From: Salinispira sp.
GTDB taxonomy: Bacteria > Spirochaetota > Spirochaetia > DSM-27196 > Salinispiraceae
Assembly: GCA_965226555.1 (NCBI GenBank)
Contig: CBDDDG010000010.1
Location: 160,001-224,000, forward strand
DNA: 64,000 nucleotides
Reading direction: 5' to 3'
Shown: positions 29,357 to 38,794 of the stretch, piece by piece
Position numbering within the stretch: the stretch's first letter is position 1
Layout: the number at the start of each line of letters is the position of its first letter
The notes under the pieces: model-generated
Database searches by the model: none
What the model saw: the letters and a program-made list of their open reading frames with translations, nothing else
Told to the model about the DNA's origin: nothing
Made by a program: the position numbers and the translations under genes

Positions 29357-30071
29357 CAGCGCTACTTCAGCGCGCCCCGCGCCGGGGTCAGGTCCAACAG
29401 TAATATCTCAAAATAATAAAAACTTTTTGAAAAAATTTCTCATATTCACCATTCATATTTACCCCGTCTATATAGTATGAGCGGAAAATATATCGGTATG
29501 GCGCCACTCTGACCCACGCAGGATCAATTTTCGGGCTATCTTACGCAGTCAGTCGGATATCGCCATAGACGCGCTATCCCGAGCTCCCTGAGCGCGCCCG
29601 CCGCCGGAAACTGCTGGCTCTGCCTTAATGCCCAAAACACCGAATACTCTCTTACCGGGCAATTCATATCAATTCACCTTTGAAAAACACAACATTCTTT
29701 TAAATCCCTTCCAAAAACATAGTCAAAAATGACTTTTTACCCGTTATAGATGTAAGAGGAATATTTATGAAAAAATCATCCCACAGCACAGGCCATATCC
29801 ACGACATAGCCTTCAAGATCGCCTACTACAGAACCCCCCGGCTGATTCCCGACCTGCTGCGGCTGTTCTGTGAGGATACGACTCTTGCCAAGTTGGACCT
29901 GGACAAAATCCGCATTGAAACCCCCAGCTACATTGCAGGAAAAAAGAACCTTCACTGCGATCTCGTTGTCAGTGCCCCCTTCCTGTCAGACCCCGAGCGG
30001 AAAGCTCTTTTTATTATTGAACACAAAAGCTACCTGAATAAACATGCTCTCACTCAAATCGATGACTATCA

Positions 30072-30202
30072 CAAAGTTTTGCCACAGGCAAAACTTTCTA
30101 TGAAATAGGAGAATGCTAAGCACAAAGAAAGCATTCCGAATTTGAAACTTTTGCTACTGGAAATTGTGCTCTGCACAATTTCCAGTAGCAAAAGTTTCTG
30201 TA
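30072..30202. mobile_element. 131-bp MITE insertion (modules B-D-A)
   Basis: Absent from the other units; matches the reverse complement of 50556-50686. Confidence 0.85.
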
Positions 30203-30479
30203 GCATGCCCTCAGAAACAGCAATGTGTACAATGAAAATGATGCTATCTATATACTGCTGCTCTACCATGGAAAAAATGAATGGAACCTTCCACTCACAT
30301 TTTACAGTTCTCATGGAAATGCTGCTTCCGAATCCATGACTGAAGGCACGGTAGATGTCAGGGTAAAAGTGTCGTACATTGTGCGCGATCTTTGTAGAAT
30401 GAAAAAGGAGCAGTTGGCATGGCGTTTCGATGGAAAACGATATACATCGACTGCGTTGTGGTATATAATGCGAGATAAT

Positions 30480-30582
30480 AACAAAGTTTTTCCTTTAGGA
30501 AAAACTTTCTATACCTTGAGAGAATCAAGAGTATAGATGAGAGAATCCTCATTTGAAAATTGTGCAGAGCACAATTTTCAGT
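30480..30582. mobile_element. 103-bp MITE at the same site as in unit 2
   Basis: Nearly identical to 27410-27512. Confidence 0.85.
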
Positions 30583-31220
30583 GAGATGGATGCTGAGGGG
30601 CTGAAAGAGATTGCGCAGCTCCTAAACGATCTGTCTTCACAAGACTTTACTGATCTGGCAGAGAGTGTGCTGGGTTATCTAAAAGATTTGGGACTGTATA
30701 AACAGTTTGAGGAAATTAACAGGAAACTATATCCTGAAGGAGAAAACAGTATGCGGACATATAATATTACCAACGCCTTCGTCAGGGAAGGCATTGCGAA
30801 GGGCCGGATTGAGGGAATGGAGAAGGGCATTCTGAAAGGCCGGATTGAGGGACTTGAGCAGGGACTTGAGCAGGGGCGTGCTGAGCTCCAGCGTGAACAT
30901 GATCGAACCCAACGTGAGCAGGTACTCAAAATGCTCAGGAAGGGCATATCGATGGACATTATTCATGATATCACCAATCTCAGCGGGGATGAAATTCGAA
31001 CATTTCAGAAAAACGGTGAAGGATAATAGTGCCATATACCGGAATCAAAATAAATATCTTCGTGAATTCCGGTATAATCATATCACCATGAAGAATGACA
31101 TTGATCGGCTTGTCTCAAACATCACATCAATTATATATGTTGAACGAAGGAATCTTGAGTATATTATTGTAGCCATGATCATGGGCGGGCTGCAAAAAAC
31201 TTTGTCAGTGAGGTATTTCT

Positions 31221-32331
31221 ATGCTTGAAGAATTTCAGAACCCTATAAAAGAACTGCATGAGCTCATATTCAATACATGGAGGCATCTTTGACCCCGCTG
31301 GTATTCAGAAACAGGTAAGGGAACTGGAGGAAAAGACTGCGGTGCCCGGCTTTTGGGAATCGTCCAAAAATGCCGAAGCTGTTATGGGACAGATAAAGCG
31401 CCTGCGCGCCGGCATTGAACCCTGGCAGGAACTTGTGCGTGCGATTACCGATCTTGGAGACCTTTTTGAGCTTGCCCATGAAGAACATGATGAATCGGTA
31501 ACTGCCGATATCCGCAATGGTCTTGAGGAAATTCAGAAGAAATATGACAGGCAGAAAATTATTCAGCTCCTCTCCGATACCTACGATGCCAACGGATGTT
31601 ATTTAACCATTCATTCGGGCGCGGGAGGCACCGAGGCCTGCGACTGGGTAAGTATGCTTCTGCGCATGTACAGCCGTTGGATTGATGACCGGAATTTCAC
31701 GGCGCGCACTCTGGATATGCAGGAGGCCGAGGGCGGAATAAAATCGCTTACCCTGCACATTGACGGCGCCTATGCCTATGGATACCTCAAGGGGGAAACC
31801 GGGGTGCACCGCCTCGTGCGTATATCGCCTTTTGACTCATCGGGACGCCGTCATACCTCATTCGCCTCGGTCTATGCCAGCGCAATTATTGATGATACTA
31901 TTGACATTGATATATCGCCGGATCAGATCCGCATCGATACCTACCGGGCAAGCGGAGCCGGAGGCCAGCATGTAAATACAACCGATTCGGCTGTTCGCAT
32001 TACTCATATTGAAAGCGGAATTGTTGTACAATGTCAGAATGAGAGAAGTCAGCACAAAAATAGGGAACAGGCCATGAAAATGTTAAGATCCCGTCTGTAC
32101 GATTTTTATAAGGCGCAGCAGGAGGCTGAAAAGCAGAAGCATGCTTCTGAAAAACGCGACATTTCATGGGGGAGCCAGATCAGATCCTATGTTTTTCAGC
32201 CCTACACCATGGTGAAGGATCTCCGCACCCGAAGGGAAACCGGAAACATTCAGGCTGTTATGAACGGCAACCTTGATATTTTTATTGAGTCCTACCTGCA
32301 GATGCTCTGGAACAAGAGATCGGGGGCATAG
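31221..32331 (+). CDS. prfB: Peptide chain release factor 2 with programmed +1 frameshift
   Basis: ATG 31221; GGAGG-cat-CTT-TGA-C at 31279-31293; SPF and GGQ motifs. Confidence 0.97.
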
Positions 32332-32339
32332 CACTACCT

Positions 32340-33779
32340 ATGGTACGGCATTGGCGCATTATGGCACGCAGAATGAGTTTTATTGTTATAAGTATATGTA
32401 CCCTCGCTGTTCTTCCCGCCCAGGGTTCCATGGAAGATCAGGCAGAGAAAGAGAAGATGATTGCCGAAGAACTGGAACGTGAATGGGTAGCAGTTGTGCT
32501 GCCGTTTATTTCAGATGAACGGGACATTTTGCGGGCATCGCCGATTGTGCAGACCCTCCCCGATGTTATTGAAGAAAGCCTCAAGTTTCTGCGGCTGCGG
32601 TATTTGGAAGACGGTGAACACAGCGGATACCGTATGTATCTTGATGAGCTCTTTGGAGTTGGTGAAATTGCGGCGGAGAATGTTCCGCAGAAACGGCGGC
32701 TCCGTGTTGAAAAAAAGGACATTGCATCGAGCATTCGGAAGCAGTTATATTTTTCCGAGCTTCGATCCTATCTGCAAAGGGATGAAGCATTTTCTCCAGA
32801 ACTTATTTCCCGTCTTCAGGAAGAAACCGGAGCCGATATTTTTATTGCAGGGAATGTGCGGGTAGAAGATCAGTATGTGTTTGTTGAATTTCTGCTTATA
32901 AGTCCATATGTACGGGCAGCGGGCGCTGCCGGGCGGGAGGGGGTATTGCCGCTCACTTATGATCTGTTCAGCCTCCGAAGCATTGAGGCATTGAACGAAG
33001 TGCGGCGTTTAACGGCTCAGAATATGGGACAGAATATCTATAATGCTCCGGCCGGCAGTCTGTTGGTCAGTTCCCGTGAGGGGGCAGCGGATGAAGATGT
33101 TCGGGTATACATTGATGGGGAATATCGGGGAACAGCTCCCCTCTTTGCCGCCCCGCTTGCTGTCGGAGCCCACACCATGAGCCTGTACACGGGGAGGGAA
33201 CTTTTCCTGTCAACCGAAGTGGATATTCTGGAAAATACAACCCTGAATTTCGACATACCTCCGAGGGATGCCACATCTTCACCATTTGCGTTTAACACCT
33301 TCCCATCTGGCTCGAAGGTATATGAAGGAAGCACGTTTCTCGGATACACTCCCCTATTGCTTGAGCGGCCTGAAGAAAGGGGGTATCTTCAACTAACAGG
33401 AGAAAATATCCGGCAAAGCTATGTGAAGATCGATCCCGATACAGCCGATCATCTTTCGGTTGTTCTGCCGGAAAAAGGCATAGATCTGCAGAGCCGCCTT
33501 GTCCTTGACCGTGAACAATTTTACTTCGGTTTGGGTTTTACCATTGTGGCTGCCGTTGTTCCCCTGCTGATGAATGGAATGAGTGAGGATATTATCGGCA
33601 GCGATATATCAGGATTAAATAATACCCAACTGCAGGAGCTTAACAGCAATTTCGCGATCATTCGATCATTAACGCTTGTCGGTTGGGGGGTAGTCATTAT
33701 TTCTCTTGTGAATACACTAGAGGAACTTTTCGATTATCTTGCGAGCGCTGAAGCGTCGCGCTCCATTATCAGACCCTGA
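32340..33779 (+). CDS. PEGA domain-containing protein
   Basis: VYIDGEYRGTAPL..GAH and TFPSGSKVY..FLGYTPL; start uncertain. Confidence 0.75.
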   Translation: MVRHWRIMARRMSFIVISICTLAVLPAQGSMEDQAEKEKMIAEELEREWVAVVLPFISDERDILRASPIVQTLPDVIEESLKFLRLRYLEDGEHSGYRMYLDELFGVGEIAAENVPQKRRLRVEKKDIASSIRKQLYFSELRSYLQRDEAFSPELISRLQEETGADIFIAGNVRVEDQYVFVEFLLISPYVRAAGAAGREGVLPLTYDLFSLRSIEALNEVRRLTAQNMGQNIYNAPAGSLLVSSREGAADEDVRVYIDGEYRGTAPLFAAPLAVGAHTMSLYTGRELFLSTEVDILENTTLNFDIPPRDATSSPFAFNTFPSGSKVYEGSTFLGYTPLLLERPEERGYLQLTGENIRQSYVKIDPDTADHLSVVLPEKGIDLQSRLVLDREQFYFGLGFTIVAAVVPLLMNGMSEDIIGSDISGLNNTQLQELNSNFAIIRSLTLVGWGVVIISLVNTLEELFDYLASAEASRSIIRP

Positions 33780-33787
33780 GAGGCGCT

Positions 33788-34747
33788 ATGATGTTCGGAA
33801 AGAAGGGAAAAATTCGGAAATTATTTCAGAAGAAAACACGCGCGGAAAACTTTTACGAAGAGCTGGAAGATTGCCTCATTGAGGCTGATGTATCTCCACT
33901 GATTGCTTTTCAAATGATTGAAGAATTGAAAGTATCCGCTCCCCGGAATGCGGATGATGTACTGCAGTTCATCCGTACAAAGCTTGAGGGGCTGATTCAC
34001 ACCCGCGAACTAATTCCTCCTTCCCCCGACCCCACCGAGGCAGACCCCGCAGCGCAGGCAAACCCCACAGCGAAAACCGGCTGCTGGCTTTTTCTCGGAG
34101 TAAACGGATCGGGAAAAACAACTTCTCTGGCAAAAACTGCGCATTACCTGAAGAACCGCGGAACAAAAATTATCCTTGCGGCGGGCGATACCTTCAGGGC
34201 AGCAGCGGCAGAACAGCTGGAACGTCACGCCGAAAACCTCAATGTCCGCTGTATCGGGCATGGAGACGGGGCAAATCCCGGAGCTGTTATCTTTGACGCT
34301 ATTGAACACGCTAAGAGCCAATCGAAACAACAGCCAAAACAACAATCGGAAAAGCAGCGCAGCGCGGGAACGATTGTGCTTGCCGACAGCGCGGGACGCA
34401 TGCATACAAAATCGCAGCTCATGCAGGAACTGCAAAAAATTGATCGGATCATCAGCAATAAAATTGATCGGGAACACTACCGAAAACTGCTGGTACTCGA
34501 TGCCACCACCGGGCAGAACGGTATGCAGCAGGCCGAAACATTCCATGAAACGCTCGGAATAGATGGAATTATCCTGAGCAAATACGACTCCGGCGCCGGC
34601 GGCGGACTCGCGCTGAGCATCTCCCAACAATTGAACATTCCCTTTGTTTTTCTGGGAAACGGAGAAAAATATGAGGACATTGCCCCCTTTACCGCAGATG
34701 CCGTCATCGACAGAATTATGATGAATCTGGAAGGAGACGATAGATAA
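33788..34747 (+). CDS. ftsY: Signal recognition particle receptor
   Basis: GVNGSGKTT, DTFRAAA, DSAGR, DATTGQN. Confidence 0.95.
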   Translation: MMFGKKGKIRKLFQKKTRAENFYEELEDCLIEADVSPLIAFQMIEELKVSAPRNADDVLQFIRTKLEGLIHTRELIPPSPDPTEADPAAQANPTAKTGCWLFLGVNGSGKTTSLAKTAHYLKNRGTKIILAAGDTFRAAAAEQLERHAENLNVRCIGHGDGANPGAVIFDAIEHAKSQSKQQPKQQSEKQRSAGTIVLADSAGRMHTKSQLMQELQKIDRIISNKIDREHYRKLLVLDATTGQNGMQQAETFHETLGIDGIILSKYDSGAGGGLALSISQQLNIPFVFLGNGEKYEDIAPFTADAVIDRIMMNLEGDDR

Positions 34748-34749
34748 AC

Positions 34750-36195
34750 ATGAATACCGCCAATTCCCGTAGACCGCAGACAATTCTTATTATCTGCGCA
34801 ATCCTCTCATGTATGTGGGCGCTGTCCGCTCAGGAACTACCCGCGCAGGAACTGCCGGACTCAGAAAGCGGAGCATCCGAAGGACCCAGTGATCTTGAAC
34901 AGCTTATCGGAGAAATCAACACAACTTTACGCCAATCTCCTCAGCAATACTCCCTGAGACTTTTCAGGGGCAACCGACTTTTTATTGGCTCCGATCCTCT
35001 TTCGGAATCGCAATTTCACACCGGAAGCATATATAGTGAGTCGGAAATTCCGGTTTTTCGGGCAGATATTCTCACCCGACTACGCGTAGGAACTGCCCGC
35101 ATTGAATTTTCGCAGCCCCTCTCCCTTGAGGAACCGGAAGTGCTCCTGATGTACCAGACAGACATCATTTTCCCTGAGCTGCCGGAAACATTCAGCCACC
35201 TCGATTCTTCGCTGTTCGCGTATTTTACCGTCCATATACGGATGCTCTACGAATACGAAAACCTGCGCTTCAATTTTTACGGCGCGCAGATCGACGTTAC
35301 GGGAGAGCAACGGCGCGAAGGTTCCGGCAGGCCCGGAAGTTCCGGTGTTCTCCCGGGAAGTCCCCTGCTGATATGGCAGGCGCAGGGCGGGCAATCCGGC
35401 AGAGGTGGGCAAGCTGACATAGGCGGGCAAGCTGACATACAGGAATCCCGAAACCTTGCCCGCATACTGTTTAATCGCAAACAGGAGGAAACAGAAAACT
35501 TCCGTTACCGCTACAATTCCCGCGGGGAATTCTATGAATTACAGCAGGTATCGGCGAATTCCGAAAAACGCTTTGTAACACTCAATGAAAATGAGCAGGG
35601 GCTCCGGGTATTGATATTTGATAAAAACTGGTCAACAATAAGCCTGCGCCGCTTTGATGATAAGGGGCGTCTGCGCTACAGCGATATCAAAGACAATGTA
35701 TCAAATAATCAATCTACGACCCACATTCAATACCTCGACAACGGAAATCGGGAAGAAGTTGAAACTTTTTCCCCGGAGAACAATGAGCGCCGAACGTATG
35801 ATGCGGAGAACAATCTGCTCTCATCTCTCAGAAATTTTCCCGACGGCAGGAGTGAGGAACGGAGTTTCACCTATACCGACGGCGGCGACATTCTGCGTGA
35901 GGAATTTCGGGGAATTCTGAGTAACATAGTAACAACATATCAATATGATGGCGATGGCAATGAGGATAGCGAAGATGAAGTTTCCCGAATTGAAACCACC
36001 GAAGACGGATATATTTCACGAATTGTGGAAATAGATGACGATGAAACCCGTGAAACCCGCTACCTTCGCGGGAAGCCGATACTGAGAATTTATCTGAAAG
36101 ACGGAAAGCGCATAGCGGAAGAAGAACTTTTTGAAGATACCGTCATCAGACGCAGAGAATACGATACTGAACCGACGGAAGAACTAACAGAATAG
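34750..36195 (+). CDS. Hypothetical secreted protein with YD/RHS-like beta repeats
   Basis: Signal peptide; YRYNSRG, RFDDKGR, TYDAENN, YQYDGDGN. Confidence 0.65.
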   Translation: MNTANSRRPQTILIICAILSCMWALSAQELPAQELPDSESGASEGPSDLEQLIGEINTTLRQSPQQYSLRLFRGNRLFIGSDPLSESQFHTGSIYSESEIPVFRADILTRLRVGTARIEFSQPLSLEEPEVLLMYQTDIIFPELPETFSHLDSSLFAYFTVHIRMLYEYENLRFNFYGAQIDVTGEQRREGSGRPGSSGVLPGSPLLIWQAQGGQSGRGGQADIGGQADIQESRNLARILFNRKQEETENFRYRYNSRGEFYELQQVSANSEKRFVTLNENEQGLRVLIFDKNWSTISLRRFDDKGRLRYSDIKDNVSNNQSTTHIQYLDNGNREEVETFSPENNERRTYDAENNLLSSLRNFPDGRSEERSFTYTDGGDILREEFRGILSNIVTTYQYDGDGNEDSEDEVSRIETTEDGYISRIVEIDDDETRETRYLRGKPILRIYLKDGKRIAEEELFEDTVIRRREYDTEPTEELTE

Positions 36196-36321
36196 TCCCG
36201 CAGAATGTGTGGGAGTAATGCCGAACAGCACCGGCAAACCACAGATCGGGAACAAGCCCCAACGGTAATTTGCCGGTCTGTTTCTTATGATGAAGGATAA
36301 ACACCTCCACCTCCGTACGCT

Positions 36322-36915
36322 CTATTGATTAGCCGGTGAATCGATACCTTTTGAACGCGGAGGGTTCTTCTCTACATCAGCCTCTAAGCGTTCAAGTGCC
36401 TGCTGGGCATTAAACTCGGCAAAGGCAGCATTTTCATTTCGCTCAAAAACACTGCCTACCTCATTAAGGAGTGCGTCCTTGGGAAAGTGAACCATAACGT
36501 ACCATGTACCATCCTGAGCAGGATACTGTTCTTGGGTTATAGCTCCCCGCAACTCAATATTGGAGACTTCCTTGGTAACCTGCTCTACAAAGGAAACATA
36601 TTGGGAATCGCCTTCAGCGCCGCCTTCCTGGGCATAGTCCACAAGCATGGTCTCAACAGCTACCGATACCTGCAGGGCAATATCGGCCCGGGCACGGATA
36701 AGCGCCGTACGGCGAGAGAGCGCGGCATCACTAAGTTTGGCTACCCCCAACCCGACAAACTGATCTTCCAGCACAGGCGGGTTCAGGAAAAATTCCGGTA
36801 TATCTGTGAGCTGCGATGATCCCGTCTCAGTCGATTGGGCCGACATACAGGCTGAAAGTAACAGCACTGCAAGCACTGCCAATAGCAGGGATATCTTAAC
36901 GTGTATCTTAATCAT
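36322..36915 (-). CDS. LPP20-like lipoprotein
   Basis: Lipobox LSAC; P.FFLNPP..VGLGVA..A..RARADIA. Confidence 0.7.
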   Translation of the reverse strand: MIKIHVKISLLLAVLAVLLLSACMSAQSTETGSSQLTDIPEFFLNPPVLEDQFVGLGVAKLSDAALSRRTALIRARADIALQVSVAVETMLVDYAQEGGAEGDSQYVSFVEQVTKEVSNIELRGAITQEQYPAQDGTWYVMVHFPKDALLNEVGSVFERNENAAFAEFNAQQALERLEADVEKNPPRSKGIDSPANQ

Positions 36916-36945
36916 ATTCATCCTCCTGATGAAAAAATAATTTTA

Positions 36946-36998
36946 GAAAGTTTTGCATTGGAAAATTACGCTTGCACAATTTCAGTAGCAAAACATTG
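36946..36998. mobile_element. MITE module A in a 5' leader
   Basis: Exact TTTTA duplication at 36941-45 and 36999-37003. Confidence 0.85.
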
Positions 36999-37006
36999 TT
37001 TTAGTT

Positions 37007-37036
37007 ATTGTAGAATAATCAGAATAATTGAGTCAA
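37007..37036 (-). promoter_or_regulatory. Putative sigma70 promoter
   Basis: TTGACT-N18-TACAAT. Confidence 0.5.
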
Positions 37037-37096
37037 GAACAAAAAAATTCAGATTGTCTCTGATCAGTCGTTGCCAAACAGGAATAATTACGGGTA

Positions 37097-37690
37097 TTAA
37101 AATCGCACATCAGCACGTTCAATAATTTTCTTAATTTCCCTGCTCCCGATCCACGCTTTTATGTTAGTCTCAATGTGTATGAGCTCCATATCAACCTGAT
37201 ACAGTATGGCCTTTGTTCCCTCTATTTGATCAGTTACGGAAGATATTGTACCAATTATTATATAATCCGCCCCTGTTTCCTGACCAATGCGCTTCAGGCT
37301 TTCAAGATTTGCCTCCGACTGCTGATCGACACGCTCTCCGCGGATCTCTCCCCGTTCTTCGGCGCTGGCAACAAGGCTGACTAAACCTGAATTGATAAAT
37401 TCACGCTCAATATCTTTTGTAAAAACACGGGTTTCAATATGCTCACTGGAACGGTTACGAATGGAACCCACAATGAGCACCGGAGCCCGGCTTTCTCTCT
37501 CATGAAATTGATCTATCCAAGGGCGAGAAAGACTGTCAGATATCATTTCTTCTGCAACTAATTTTGAATCAGTATCATTCCAGCGTCCCGATAAATCTGT
37601 AACCGTATCGGCATCAGTACGGGTTACCTGTACAGTGCTACAGGAAGCAAGAAAGAAAAAAGCAGAGCAAAGAATAAGTAATTGTTTCAT
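37097..37690 (-). CDS. lpoB: Penicillin-binding protein activator LpoB family lipoprotein
   Basis: LASC lipobox; DLSGRWNDTD, NRSSEHI, GADY..G.ISS. Confidence 0.8.
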   Translation of the reverse strand: MKQLLILCSAFFFLASCSTVQVTRTDADTVTDLSGRWNDTDSKLVAEEMISDSLSRPWIDQFHERESRAPVLIVGSIRNRSSEHIETRVFTKDIEREFINSGLVSLVASAEERGEIRGERVDQQSEANLESLKRIGQETGADYIIIGTISSVTDQIEGTKAILYQVDMELIHIETNIKAWIGSREIKKIIERADVRF

Positions 37691-37744
37691 ATTCACCTCA
37701 CATATTACATATGTTAATTTATTTCTCTAATTTATAACCTGCGG

Positions 37745-38788
37745 TTAACCATCACCCAACACTTCACCTGTTGAATTTAACCGCTGGGCTGTCAAATTTG
37801 CAAATAATTGCGACATAAGATCAGTATCAACAACTGTTTTAACTGTTCTAAGAGCAAGCATTCTGGCCATATTCGCTTCTGCCGCCTGTTCCCTGTTCGT
37901 TTCCTCAACAGTTGCAATAATGCTGCCAGCCTCATTGACAATGTTCAGAACAATGTTCCAGATGACTGTTTCATACCTGCCGGAAGACATAGTGAGTTGC
38001 AGGCTTCCCTGAACAGCCAGAATACCATCATCAGCGGTAGAAAAACCAAGGCGGCTGATTCCCTCGCCGATAAACGCAGCTATTTGACCATCATCATCAC
38101 CTTCTATGTCAACACGGAAAACCATTTCAGACTGCAGGGACTGCCGCTCCCTTTCTATATCTTCCAGACTGGTACCTGATGGACTGATCATTTCGGGAGC
38201 AATAATCTGCAGCTGTCCGCCAAGCCTTTCATTGACAGCGGCAATGACATGGGCGGCATTCAGACGGGCGTAGGCAGTCATAAGACTGTCTGCCGATTCT
38301 GCTGACTCCCTGAAACTTTCAATACGTTTATTGTTTGTGCGAATAAGATCCGCATAAATACTTCCTGTCTCATCCCGATTGAGATAGGCAATAATACTGA
38401 CAAGACCGGATGGATCGCTGACAGGCTCGCTGAAACGGACATTTATGAGTTCCTGCCTGGCCTGCACATGAATGTTATCAACAAGCTCCATTTCCCGCTC
38501 CGTGTACTCAGTATCATCTGCGGTCAGGGAACGGTAGGTATCAGCAATACGTGTATCTACGGCAACTTCGGAACCGAATATTCGAGCAAGGTTCCCTACA
38601 GCATCTTCCTCAGCGGCACGGCGGGTATCGCCGCTGCCCACTGCTGTCAGGTACTCTGCTTCAGGATACATATCTTTAGAGATGAACTCTTCTTCGGGGA
38701 CAATATCTCTCCAAGATTGGTCCGGCTGAGCGGTTGCGCAGGAGAAAAGCAGAGCAAACAGTACTATTACCACAGGCAGTTTCATCAT
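37745..38788 (-). CDS. LPP20-like lipoprotein
   Basis: LFSC lipobox; YLTAVGSG..AEEDA..NLARIF. Confidence 0.7.
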   Translation of the reverse strand: MMKLPVVIVLFALLFSCATAQPDQSWRDIVPEEEFISKDMYPEAEYLTAVGSGDTRRAAEEDAVGNLARIFGSEVAVDTRIADTYRSLTADDTEYTEREMELVDNIHVQARQELINVRFSEPVSDPSGLVSIIAYLNRDETGSIYADLIRTNNKRIESFRESAESADSLMTAYARLNAAHVIAAVNERLGGQLQIIAPEMISPSGTSLEDIERERQSLQSEMVFRVDIEGDDDGQIAAFIGEGISRLGFSTADDGILAVQGSLQLTMSSGRYETVIWNIVLNIVNEAGSIIATVEETNREQAAEANMARMLALRTVKTVVDTDLMSQLFANLTAQRLNSTGEVLGDG

Positions 38789-38794
38789 TTTTTG

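Larger units (their letters stand above)
23311..31026 (+). repeat. Tandem array of four leader+Rpn units (base period about 1448 bp)
   Basis: Near-identical ~400-bp leaders at about 23311, 24702, 27909 and 29357, each followed by an Rpn gene. Confidence 0.95.
29767..31026 (+). pseudogene. Rpn unit 4, long form disrupted by two MITEs; RpnS-like ORF 30751-31026 intact
   Basis: Insertions at 30072-30202 and 30480-30582. Confidence 0.88.

Noticed and set aside
23311..31026. Array as an integron or diversity-generating retroelement
   Set aside because: No tyrosine integrase, attC-like sites or reverse transcriptase in the window, and the variation is not adenine-specific
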